The translations under genes and the position numbers were made by a program. The notes under the pieces were generated by a model, which worked only from the letters and a program-made list of their open reading frames with translations, had not been told where the DNA came from and did no database searches. Shown here in pieces: positions 43,890-51,721 of a DNA stretch of 64,000 nucleotides. The stretch lies in the NCBI GenBank assembly GCA_041602035.1, contig JBFIHA010000001.1, forward strand, positions 210,689 through 274,688, written 5' to 3'. The first letter of the stretch is position 1. Each line of letters opens with the position of its first letter. This DNA comes from Gemmatimonadales bacterium (GTDB lineage Bacteria > Gemmatimonadota > Gemmatimonadetes > Gemmatimonadales > GWC2-71-9).

Positions 43890-45616
43890 CCGAGCGTCGT
43901 GGGATGGGGAGACGAGACGCGCGACATGCCCTGGTCGGGGCGCTGGTTCTGTTTGCTGCGCTGGCGGTGACGCCCTCGGCGCACGGACAGGCGCCGACCT
44001 ACGACGTGCTGATCCGGGGTGGTCGGGTGCTGGATGGAACCGGGAACCCGTGGCGATACGCGGACGTGGGGATTCGGGATGGACGCATCGTGGCGGTGGG
44101 ACGCCTGCAGGGCGCCACCGCCGGGCGCCTGATCGACGCCAGGGGCAAGGTCGTGACTCCCGGGTTCATCGACATTCACTCGCACGCCGACGATCCCAAC
44201 TACGGACCCCGTGGGCTTCGCTCGTCGGACCCGCAACGCCGGGCCGCGCCCAACCTCGTGATGCAGGGCATCACCACGGTCGTAGTGAACCAGGACGGCC
44301 GTTCCCCGGTGGCCATCGGTGGCCAGAAAGCCGAGCTGGATCGACTTGGCATCGGAGTGAATGCGGCGTTGATGGTGGGGCACGGCAGCGTCCGCGGCGA
44401 GGTGCTCGGTGACGACGTGCGCCGTGCGGCGACCGCGGCCGAGGTGGCTCGCATGCGGGACCTCGTGCGACGCGGCATGGAGCAGGGGGCCTGGGGCCTG
44501 TCCGCCGGCCTGGAGTACGTGCCGGGTCGGTGGAGCACGACGGATGAAGTCGTGGCACTGGTCAACGAAATCGTGCCCTTCACGGGCGTGTACATCGCGC
44601 ACGAGCGAAGCGAAGGGGCGGACCCCATGTGGTATTGGCCGAGCCAACACGAAGGCCGCCCACCGTCGCTCATCGACGCGGTGCGAGAAACGATCGAGAT
44701 CGGTGAGCGTACGGGCGCGACGGTGGTAGCCTCCCACATCAAAGCCAAAGGTGCCAATTACTGGGGCGCGAGCGCGGTCGTCATCCGGCTCATCAACGAC
44801 GCACGGGCACGCGGTGTCGCGGTCTACGCGGACCAATACCCCTACAGTACCACCGGGAGTGACGGGCGCACGGTGCTGATTCCCGACTGGGTCTGGGAAT
44901 CGGAGCGGCCGCGCCAGCGAGACTTCTCCGGCGCGCTGCGGCGCGTGCTCGCGAGCGATTCCTTGGCCGCGCTGCTCCGGACCGACATCGCTCACGAGAT
45001 CCAGCGTCGCGGCGGCGCCGCCAACGTCATGGTGATGGAGTATCCGAACACCGATGTGGTAGGTCGCTCCGTGGCCCAACTCGCGGCCGAGCGCGGTGTG
45101 GGATCGGTCGATGTCGCGATCGCGCTCCAACTCGAGGGCGACTCCACCGTGCGGGGCGGGGGTGCGTTGCGCGGCTTCTCGCTCTCGGAGTACGACATCG
45201 AACCGTATGCCGCGCAGGAGTGGACCGTCACGGCGACCGACGGGTGGATCGCGCTGCCGGAGGACGGGCTCACCCACACCCGCGTGTATGGCAGCTTTCC
45301 CCGCAAGATCGGCTACTACGCGCGAGAACGGGGCGTGCTCACAGTCGCCGCGGCGGTGCGGTCTGCCACGTCGCTCCCGGCGGCCGTCATGGGATTTCAG
45401 GATAGGGGCGCCATCCGCGAGGGATCCGTGGCCGACCTGGTCGTGCTCGATCTCGAATCGCTTGCGGACAACGCCACATTCTTCGAGCCACACCGCTATC
45501 CGAGCGGCATCGAGTACGTGCTGATCGGGGGGCGGTTTGCTGTGGACGGCGGCCGTCCCACCGGCGCACTGATCGGCCGGGTGCTCACGCGCGGCGACCA
45601 GCGCCGGGGATCCTGA
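43886..45616 (+). CDS. N-acyl-D-amino-acid deacylase (D-aminoacylase family amidohydrolase), secreted
   Basis: ATG 43886 overlaps the upstream stop (ATGA). A signal peptide is followed by YDVLIRGGRVLDGTG...GFIDIHSHAD. Confidence 0.8.
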   Translation: MTERRGMGRRDARHALVGALVLFAALAVTPSAHGQAPTYDVLIRGGRVLDGTGNPWRYADVGIRDGRIVAVGRLQGATAGRLIDARGKVVTPGFIDIHSHADDPNYGPRGLRSSDPQRRAAPNLVMQGITTVVVNQDGRSPVAIGGQKAELDRLGIGVNAALMVGHGSVRGEVLGDDVRRAATAAEVARMRDLVRRGMEQGAWGLSAGLEYVPGRWSTTDEVVALVNEIVPFTGVYIAHERSEGADPMWYWPSQHEGRPPSLIDAVRETIEIGERTGATVVASHIKAKGANYWGASAVVIRLINDARARGVAVYADQYPYSTTGSDGRTVLIPDWVWESERPRQRDFSGALRRVLASDSLAALLRTDIAHEIQRRGGAANVMVMEYPNTDVVGRSVAQLAAERGVGSVDVAIALQLEGDSTVRGGGALRGFSLSEYDIEPYAAQEWTVTATDGWIALPEDGLTHTRVYGSFPRKIGYYARERGVLTVAAAVRSATSLPAAVMGFQDRGAIREGSVADLVVLDLESLADNATFFEPHRYPSGIEYVLIGGRFAVDGGRPTGALIGRVLTRGDQRRGS

Positions 45617-45620
45617 GCCG

Positions 45621-46817
45621 ATGCAGAGTGTTCGCCCCACGGGGAGGACCACGATGTCACGAATGATCAGGGCCACACCGTCGACCGCGCTCCGCGGCCT
45701 GCTGTTGTGCGTCGTGCTGCCTGTGACTGCAGGGGCGCAGACGCATCTCAAGCTCGCCGAAGCCCCCGGCTCGGGCCGGTACGCGAGCGCGGTCGACAGT
45801 GCCCGTATGATCCTCGACTCGTTGATGCGGGCCAACCAGATCCCTGGGCTATCGATTGCGGTCTCGGTGCACGGTGCGGTGGCGTGGTCTGAAGGGTTAG
45901 GCTATGCCGATCTCGAGCTCGAGAGCCCTGTCACCACCACGACGCGGTTCCGCATCGGCTCGATCTCGAAGTCGCTGACCGCCACGGCCTTGGCGCAACT
46001 GTACGAGCGGGGAGCGCTGGACTTCGACGCCACCGTGCAACGGTACGTGCCGACCTTTCCCGAGAAGCGCTGGCCCGTCACGGTGCGTCACGTGGCAGGA
46101 CATCTCGCGGGGATCCGTCACTACGCATCCGACGACGAATTCTTGCTCAACCGCCGCTTTCGGACCGTGCAGGATGGCCTGGCGTTGTTCCAGGACGACA
46201 CCCTCATGTTCGAGCCTGGGACGCGGTATCTCTACTCCACCTTCGGGTGGAATCTGCTGAGCGCCGTGGTCGAGCAGGCATCCGGACGCGAGTTCCTCGG
46301 CTACATGCACGAGCAGGTCTTCCGTTCCCTCCGCATGCGGCACACGGTGGCGGATCACGTGGACAGCATCGTGTCGGGTCGGACTCGGTTCTATGCGCGG
46401 GCGCGGGACGGTGCCGTGGTCAATGCCCCAGTGGTGGACAACAGCTACAAGTGGGCGGGCGGTGGATTCTTGTCGACGCCGGAGGATTTGCTGCTGTTTG
46501 CCAACGCACACTTGGACGGAACGATCCTTCGACCCGAGACCGTTGCCCTGCTGTGGACGTCGCAGCGGACCAGTGACGGCACCGAGACGGGCTACGGGAT
46601 CGGGTGGCGCGCGGCGGACATTCGTGGACACCGGGTTATCTCCCACAGTGGAGGCTCGGTCGGCGGGAACTGTCTGCTCCTGATCTACCCCAACGCCGGG
46701 GTGGCACTTGCCGTCACGGCGAACGTCTCGAACGCAGGGTACGCGCGCGTACCGCAGCGGATCGCCGAACTGTTTGTGGCGGCGATCCCCAGCGGTTCGG
46801 AGGATCTGCGCAGATGA
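45621..46817 (+). CDS. beta-lactamase-fold serine hydrolase (class C / D-aminopeptidase-like), secreted
   Basis: SxxK is present as IGSISKSLT, with HSG in SHSGGSVGG. A signal peptide is present. The alternative start is Met 45654. Confidence 0.8.
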   Translation: MQSVRPTGRTTMSRMIRATPSTALRGLLLCVVLPVTAGAQTHLKLAEAPGSGRYASAVDSARMILDSLMRANQIPGLSIAVSVHGAVAWSEGLGYADLELESPVTTTTRFRIGSISKSLTATALAQLYERGALDFDATVQRYVPTFPEKRWPVTVRHVAGHLAGIRHYASDDEFLLNRRFRTVQDGLALFQDDTLMFEPGTRYLYSTFGWNLLSAVVEQASGREFLGYMHEQVFRSLRMRHTVADHVDSIVSGRTRFYARARDGAVVNAPVVDNSYKWAGGGFLSTPEDLLLFANAHLDGTILRPETVALLWTSQRTSDGTETGYGIGWRAADIRGHRVISHSGGSVGGNCLLLIYPNAGVALAVTANVSNAGYARVPQRIAELFVAAIPSGSEDLRR

Positions 46818-47920
46818 GAGGCCACCGACGCCGCGTACGAGCGGCCTACCGATTGGTGGCCGGTGCTGCGCTCGCCGCCGTCGCGACGCTGAGCCCGACG
46901 ACGTCCGTGGCCCAGTCCGGCGCCGTCAATTCCTCTCGGGCCCTGATTCGCACGCTGATGTTGCGGGAGCAGATTCCAGGTCTCGCGGTCGCCGTCGCGG
47001 TCGATCACCGCATTGTGTGGTCGGAAGCATTTGGCTACGCGAAGCTCGAGGACAGTGTAGCGGCCACGACGCAGACCATGTTCCGCATTGGCAGCGTGTC
47101 CATGCCGCTCACCTCGATGGTGGTGGGACTCCTGGTGCATCGGGGGCGCCTGAATCTGTCCGCCGACGTGCGGTCATACGTGCCGTGGTTTCCCCAGAAA
47201 CGATATCCGTTCACGGTGGAGCAACTTGCCGGTCACGTGGCCGGGATCCGCCACTACCGGGGTGACGAGTTTCGGAGCACGAAGCGGTACGCCACGATCC
47301 GGGATGGCGTCGGGATCTTCGCGCGGGACACACTGCTCTTCGAGCCCGGAACCCGTTACGCGTTCTCGACCTACGGCTGGACGCTGGTGAGCGCAGTCCT
47401 GGAGTCGATCTCGGACACCGAGTTCCTGGACTTGATGCGTCGGGAGGTGTTCGAGCCGCTAGGAATGCGGTACACGGGCCCCGACCGACTCGACAGCGTC
47501 ATGCCGCACCGGGCGCAGTTCTACGAACGAGCCGACGACGGCACGATTCGCGTTGCCCCGGCCGTGGATAACAGCTACAAATGGGCTGGCGGTGGCCTTG
47601 TCGCGTCGCCGGAGGATCTGGCTCGATTCGGCTTGGCGATGCTCCGAGCGGACCGCCTCGACCCGATGATCACTCAGCGGCTGTGGACGTCCCTCAAGAC
47701 GCAGGACGGCGTCGAGACCGGCTACGGCATCGGGTGGGCCGTGGGGCGTGACGCGGAGGAACATCGCGTGGTGAGCCATACCGGGAGTTCGGTAGGCGGC
47801 CGGGCAATGCTGCTCGTGTATCCAGATGAGCGCGTGGTCGTGGCAATTGCGGCCAACCTGGCTGGCGTGCGATTCGGAGACCTTGCAAGCAAGATCGCTG
47901 GGCTCTTCATGACCCCGTAA
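46814..47920 (+). CDS. beta-lactamase-fold paralog with SxxM in place of SxxK (possible pseudoenzyme)
   Basis: ATG 46814 overlaps the upstream stop (ATGA). The sequence is collinear with the upstream paralog, but IGSVSMPLT replaces IGSISKSLT. HTG is retained. Confidence 0.75.
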   Translation: MRGHRRRVRAAYRLVAGAALAAVATLSPTTSVAQSGAVNSSRALIRTLMLREQIPGLAVAVAVDHRIVWSEAFGYAKLEDSVAATTQTMFRIGSVSMPLTSMVVGLLVHRGRLNLSADVRSYVPWFPQKRYPFTVEQLAGHVAGIRHYRGDEFRSTKRYATIRDGVGIFARDTLLFEPGTRYAFSTYGWTLVSAVLESISDTEFLDLMRREVFEPLGMRYTGPDRLDSVMPHRAQFYERADDGTIRVAPAVDNSYKWAGGGLVASPEDLARFGLAMLRADRLDPMITQRLWTSLKTQDGVETGYGIGWAVGRDAEEHRVVSHTGSSVGGRAMLLVYPDERVVVAIAANLAGVRFGDLASKIAGLFMTP

Positions 47921-47964
47921 GCGTGGGGTGTCCACCGCCGCTCACACCAGCAGCGGTTCACCAT

Positions 47965-48477
47965 CTACCAGAAGCGCGAACCGGCTCCTCCCTTGAACGG
48001 CCCGCAGACGCTGTTGGTGATCCAGCCACCGTAGAAGCCGCCCGGTTGTGGGCGAACCCGCTCGCCGTCTACCAGACAGGCGTCCATCGGTCCGGCATAG
48101 AAGGCGACGTGTCCACGAATCGGTTCGAAGCCGGCACTAGGCTGCTCGTACGACCATGCGCCGCGCTCGACTCGACGGGCACCGACCACCACGTCGTACC
48201 AGCTCGCTGCGCCTTTCCACTCGCACCACGACTCCCCGGCCACCGGTACCAGGCATTCGGTCATCACGTCGCTCCGCGGGATGTAGTAGACCGGTGGGTG
48301 ACTGGTTTCGAGCACTCGCAATGCCCGTCGAGTGTCGGCAACGGTACGACTGTTCAGCACCACCTCGATGCGGCCTTCACACGGCTCCACGCGTGGCGGC
48401 CGCGGGTAGTCCCACACAGACTCCTGACCGGGGCCGGGCCGCTGGCGCGGCGGTCTCCCTCCCTCGACACCGCCCAT
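47965..48477 (-). CDS. DUF427 domain protein
   Basis: Only the last 170 aa of ORF 47965..49080 are used (MGGVEGG...VWDYPRPPRVEP...HPPVYYIP...CEWKG...FYGGWIT). The ATG shares one base with the photolyase stop (TGATG). Confidence 0.65.
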   Translation of the reverse strand: MGGVEGGRPPRQRPGPGQESVWDYPRPPRVEPCEGRIEVVLNSRTVADTRRALRVLETSHPPVYYIPRSDVMTECLVPVAGESWCEWKGAASWYDVVVGARRVERGAWSYEQPSAGFEPIRGHVAFYAGPMDACLVDGERVRPQPGGFYGGWITNSVCGPFKGGAGSRFW

Positions 48478-50066
48478 CACGAGATGCCGAACTCTCTTCG
48501 GCGCGCGTCGGCCTGCGATCGAATCGTTCTTCGCTGGGACGGACGCATACGCTCCACGTGCGTGAGCGCGAGCGCCATGCGCGGATTCTTCGCGAATCGG
48601 CTGCGGTGGCGCACCAGGAAGTCCCAGTAGAATGTGGTAAAGGGGCAGGCTTCCGCACCGTGTCGCTTGGCAGGATCGTAGCGGCAGCCGTCGCAGTAGT
48701 TGCTCATCCGCTGGATGTACTTCCCCGTGGCCGCATACGGCTTGGTCCCGACGATGCCGCCGTCGGCGTGCATCACCATGCCCAGGGTGTTGGGCAGCGT
48801 GACCCAATCGACGGCGTCGACGTACATGCCGAGGTACCAGTCCGAGATCGCCCGGGGATGGATCCCGGCGGTGAGGGCGAAGTTGCCGGTGACCATGAGG
48901 CGCTGAATGTGATGCCCATACCCGTACCGCAGGACCTGCCCGATGGACTCGGACAGGCACGCCATGTCGGTCTCGCCTGTCCAGTAGAACGCCGGCAGCT
49001 TCCCGTGCTCGTCGAGTGCGTTGTGCTCGCCGTAGCCCACACCGCGGGTCCAATACACACCGCGGATGAATTCCCGCCACCCCACGATCTGGCGCACGAA
49101 CCCCTCCACCGAGGGGAGCTCAGCGTGGCCCGAGGCGAGCGCATGCAGGGCGGCGTCCACGACCTCGCGAGGGCGGAGCAGCTTGAGGTTCATCGCCGGG
49201 GATAGCAGCGAATGGAACAGGAACGGCTCGCCCCTCCACATGGCGTCTTGGTACGGGCCGAACGTCGGCAGCCGGTGGGTGATGAAATCGCGGAGGGCGG
49301 CCCGGGACTGTCGTCGGGTCACGGGCCAGCCGAAGTCGTCGAGGTGTCCAGGGGCATTGGGGAACGTGCGGCCCACCAGCCGGAGCACGTCGTTGGTCAC
49401 CTGATCGGGTCTGAACCTCCGGCACTCGACTGGCGGAGGCGACGTTCGGAACGCCTTGCGGTTCTGGGTATCGAAGTTCCACCGCCCCCCGTGGGGCTTA
49501 CCGTCCTTCCCGATCAGGATGTCGAGCCGTGTTCGCTGCCACCGATAGAAATGCTCCATCACGAGCTGCGAGCGCGCGGTCGCCCACTCCCAGAAGGCAT
49601 CGATTGGGGTGAGGAAATGCGGATCGGGAAGGATGTCGACCGGAACCCCGCAGCGGGACGGCCATTCGGCGACCCTGCGCAACACCCGGTGTTCACTCGG
49701 CATGACGAGGCGGAGCGTGTCCGCTCGCAACAGGCGCACCGCCCGCTCCGCCTCGCCCGTGAATGTTCCGGTGTTCGACCGATCGTCGAGTCGCACGTAG
49801 CGCACCCGCCACCCGCGTTGCATGAGTTCTAACGCATGGTGCCGCATAGCCGTCAGGAAGAGCGCCGTCCGCTGGCGGTGGCTTGTGACGTGCGTGGCCT
49901 CGTCCTCGACTTCGACCATCAGGACCGCGTCGCGTCCCGGGTCCAGGCTGGCCAGGGCTGGCCGTTGGGGATCCAGCTGGTCCCCCAGGATCATGGCCAG
50001 ATGGCGGACGGGACCGGTCACGCCGGCGCGGAGGTCGGAGGACGAGGATGCGGTTCGAGAACTCAT
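48477..50066 (-). CDS. Fe-S cluster bacterial cryptochrome/(6-4) photolyase (FeS-BCP, CryB/PhrB type)
   Basis: Four Cys are spaced C-x87-C-x2-C-x12-C (MAC...NYCDGC...EACPF). As I recall, this matches the CryB/PhrB 4Fe-4S ligands. Other motifs are YGYGHHIQRLM and WVTLPN. ATG 50066 is preferred over TTG 50102. Confidence 0.85.
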   Translation of the reverse strand: MSSRTASSSSDLRAGVTGPVRHLAMILGDQLDPQRPALASLDPGRDAVLMVEVEDEATHVTSHRQRTALFLTAMRHHALELMQRGWRVRYVRLDDRSNTGTFTGEAERAVRLLRADTLRLVMPSEHRVLRRVAEWPSRCGVPVDILPDPHFLTPIDAFWEWATARSQLVMEHFYRWQRTRLDILIGKDGKPHGGRWNFDTQNRKAFRTSPPPVECRRFRPDQVTNDVLRLVGRTFPNAPGHLDDFGWPVTRRQSRAALRDFITHRLPTFGPYQDAMWRGEPFLFHSLLSPAMNLKLLRPREVVDAALHALASGHAELPSVEGFVRQIVGWREFIRGVYWTRGVGYGEHNALDEHGKLPAFYWTGETDMACLSESIGQVLRYGYGHHIQRLMVTGNFALTAGIHPRAISDWYLGMYVDAVDWVTLPNTLGMVMHADGGIVGTKPYAATGKYIQRMSNYCDGCRYDPAKRHGAEACPFTTFYWDFLVRHRSRFAKNPRMALALTHVERMRPSQRRTIRSQADARRREFGIS

Positions 50067-50073
50067 ACTTGAA

Positions 50074-50102
50074 AAAGTAGCGTGCTGTACAGATCTTGTC
50101 AA
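50074..50102 (-). promoter_or_regulatory. candidate promoter of the photolyase gene: TTGACA-N17-TACTTT, possibly giving a leaderless mRNA
   Basis: On the minus strand, TTGACA sits at 50102-50097, then a 17-nt spacer containing the palindrome CTGTACAG (50085-50092), then TACTTT at 50079-50074. The ATG lies 7 nt after the -10 element. Confidence 0.4.
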
Positions 50103-50177
50103 ATATTCATATGGACATTACTATGACACTCAGTCGTCACTCAGAGCAGTGTTCGCTGGGCCGGGATCAGCTCTAAC

Positions 50178-50669
50178 GTGTTCTATTACATTGGTTTGCG
50201 GTATCTCGGGTGGCTCTCCGTGGGCACGGTAGTGGTTGCCCTCGCGGTCGCGACAATCGTGGCGATCCAGGTGGACGACTGGGGGAGGGATCTCGTGACG
50301 AACGTGGCGGCGACCGCGTGGACTGCTACCGATCCCGATCTTCGGCCCGTAGCGGTAGAGCTTTCCCCGGCGGCGACCGCCGCGCTCATTGCCTCCGTGG
50401 GCGACGCCTTGCCCCGCTGGGCGTTCGTCCGCCGTTCGGTGACCGACTCGATGATCGAGCTCCAGTTCGTCCGAACCACACGGATCTTCCGCTTCCGCGA
50501 CGATGTCACGGTAACGGTGACCGATCACGGGGATCATCGCGAAGTGAACGCGCGGTCCGCCTCGCGTCTCGGGACAGGGGACTTGGGGCAGAATCCGCGC
50601 AATCTCAGAGAGCTGACCCGCGCGCTGCGCGCCCGCCTCGAGGGTCAGGTCACCCGCGGCACCGAATAG
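50178..50669 (+). CDS. DUF1499 domain protein (membrane-anchored)
   Basis: An N-terminal TM helix is followed by FRFRDDVTV...ARSASRLGTGDLGQNPRNLREL, which is typical of DUF1499. Confidence 0.6.
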   Translation: MFYYIGLRYLGWLSVGTVVVALAVATIVAIQVDDWGRDLVTNVAATAWTATDPDLRPVAVELSPAATAALIASVGDALPRWAFVRRSVTDSMIELQFVRTTRIFRFRDDVTVTVTDHGDHREVNARSASRLGTGDLGQNPRNLRELTRALRARLEGQVTRGTE

Positions 50670-50725
50670 CGGTCCCGGCGAATGGCGCGGGTGTCGCCCG
50701 GCGCCTCGCGCGCTAGGTTCTGGGC

Positions 50726-51721
50726 GTGTTCTGGATCGCCACAGGACTCGCCCTCGCGCTCTTGATCGGTCTGGCGGTACGGTGGGTGACCGCTATGCCC
50801 GATCGCCCGCACCGCGGTTCGCTTACCCCGCTCACGCCGACCGAATGCCACGTCCGAGACCGCCTCCGACGCCATGTCAGGGAGCTTGCCGTCCACATCG
50901 GTGAACGGCACCTCTGGCGCGGGACATCGCTCGCCGATTCGGCGACGTATCTGGACGGGGTGCTGCAGGACCTCGGCTACGTCCCCGAGCGTCAGCGGTT
51001 CGTGACCCGCGGCGTGGAAGTGGCGAACGTCGAGGCCGAGCTGTCGGGGTCGTCGGCGTCTGAAGAGGTGATCGTGGTCGGGGCCCACTACGATTCAGTC
51101 GTCGGCACCGTGGGTGCCAATGACAACGCGTCGGGTGTGGCGGCGATGCTCGAGCTTGCCCGCCTCTTCGCCGGCTCACGCCTGGCACGAACCATACGCT
51201 TCGTCGGCTTCGCCAACGAAGAACCGCCCTTCTTCCTGACCGCCGACATGGGGAGCCGTCGCTATGCTCGACGCTGCCGAACGCGCGGTGACCGGGTCGT
51301 GGCCATGCTGTCGCTCGAAACGCTGGGATGCTACTCCGATCGGTCGGGGAGCCAAAGCTATCCGTTTCCGTTCGGCCTGCTGTACCCGAGAACGGGCAAC
51401 TTCGTCGGCTTCGTCGGCAACCTGCGCTCGCGAACGCTGGTGCGGAGCTGCGTACGCGCGTTTCGAACGGCGACCCGGTTCCCGTCAGAGGGCGTCGCCG
51501 CCCCCGGCTACCTGCCGGGCATCTTCTGGTCCGACCACTGGGCCTTCTGGCGGGAGGGGTATCCCGCCGCGATGGTGACCGATACGGCGCTGTTTCGGTC
51601 CGCGTACTACCATACCTCGGGTGACACGCCGGAGAAGATCGACTTCGACCGCATGGCCAGAGTCGTCGTCGGCCTGGCGGCTGTGGTCGAACGTCTCGCG
51701 GATTCCAGTTCGCTGCCCTAG
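50726..51721 (+). CDS. M28-family zinc aminopeptidase
   Basis: VGAHYDSV...GANDNASGVAAMLELAR...FANEE...SDHWAF motifs. Confidence 0.8.
   Translation: MFWIATGLALALLIGLAVRWVTAMPDRPHRGSLTPLTPTECHVRDRLRRHVRELAVHIGERHLWRGTSLADSATYLDGVLQDLGYVPERQRFVTRGVEVANVEAELSGSSASEEVIVVGAHYDSVVGTVGANDNASGVAAMLELARLFAGSRLARTIRFVGFANEEPPFFLTADMGSRRYARRCRTRGDRVVAMLSLETLGCYSDRSGSQSYPFPFGLLYPRTGNFVGFVGNLRSRTLVRSCVRAFRTATRFPSEGVAAPGYLPGIFWSDHWAFWREGYPAAMVTDTALFRSAYYHTSGDTPEKIDFDRMARVVVGLAAVVERLADSSSLP

Noticed and set aside
43814-45835. 673-aa ORF on the minus strand
   Set aside because: It is antisense to the D-aminoacylase gene (FIDIHSHAD and related motifs). It has no domain signature and a skewed composition.
50127-50144. 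CACTCAG direct repeat with 11-bp spacing in front of the DUF1499 gene, considered as a CarH-type 11-bp repeat operator
   Set aside because: There are only two 7-mers. They do not fit the nAnnTnnACAn pattern on either strand, and the match could be chance.
51718-51721. Convergent genes sharing overlapping stop codons (CTAG)
   Set aside because: This is a real but trivial consequence of tight packing. No functional implication can be argued.
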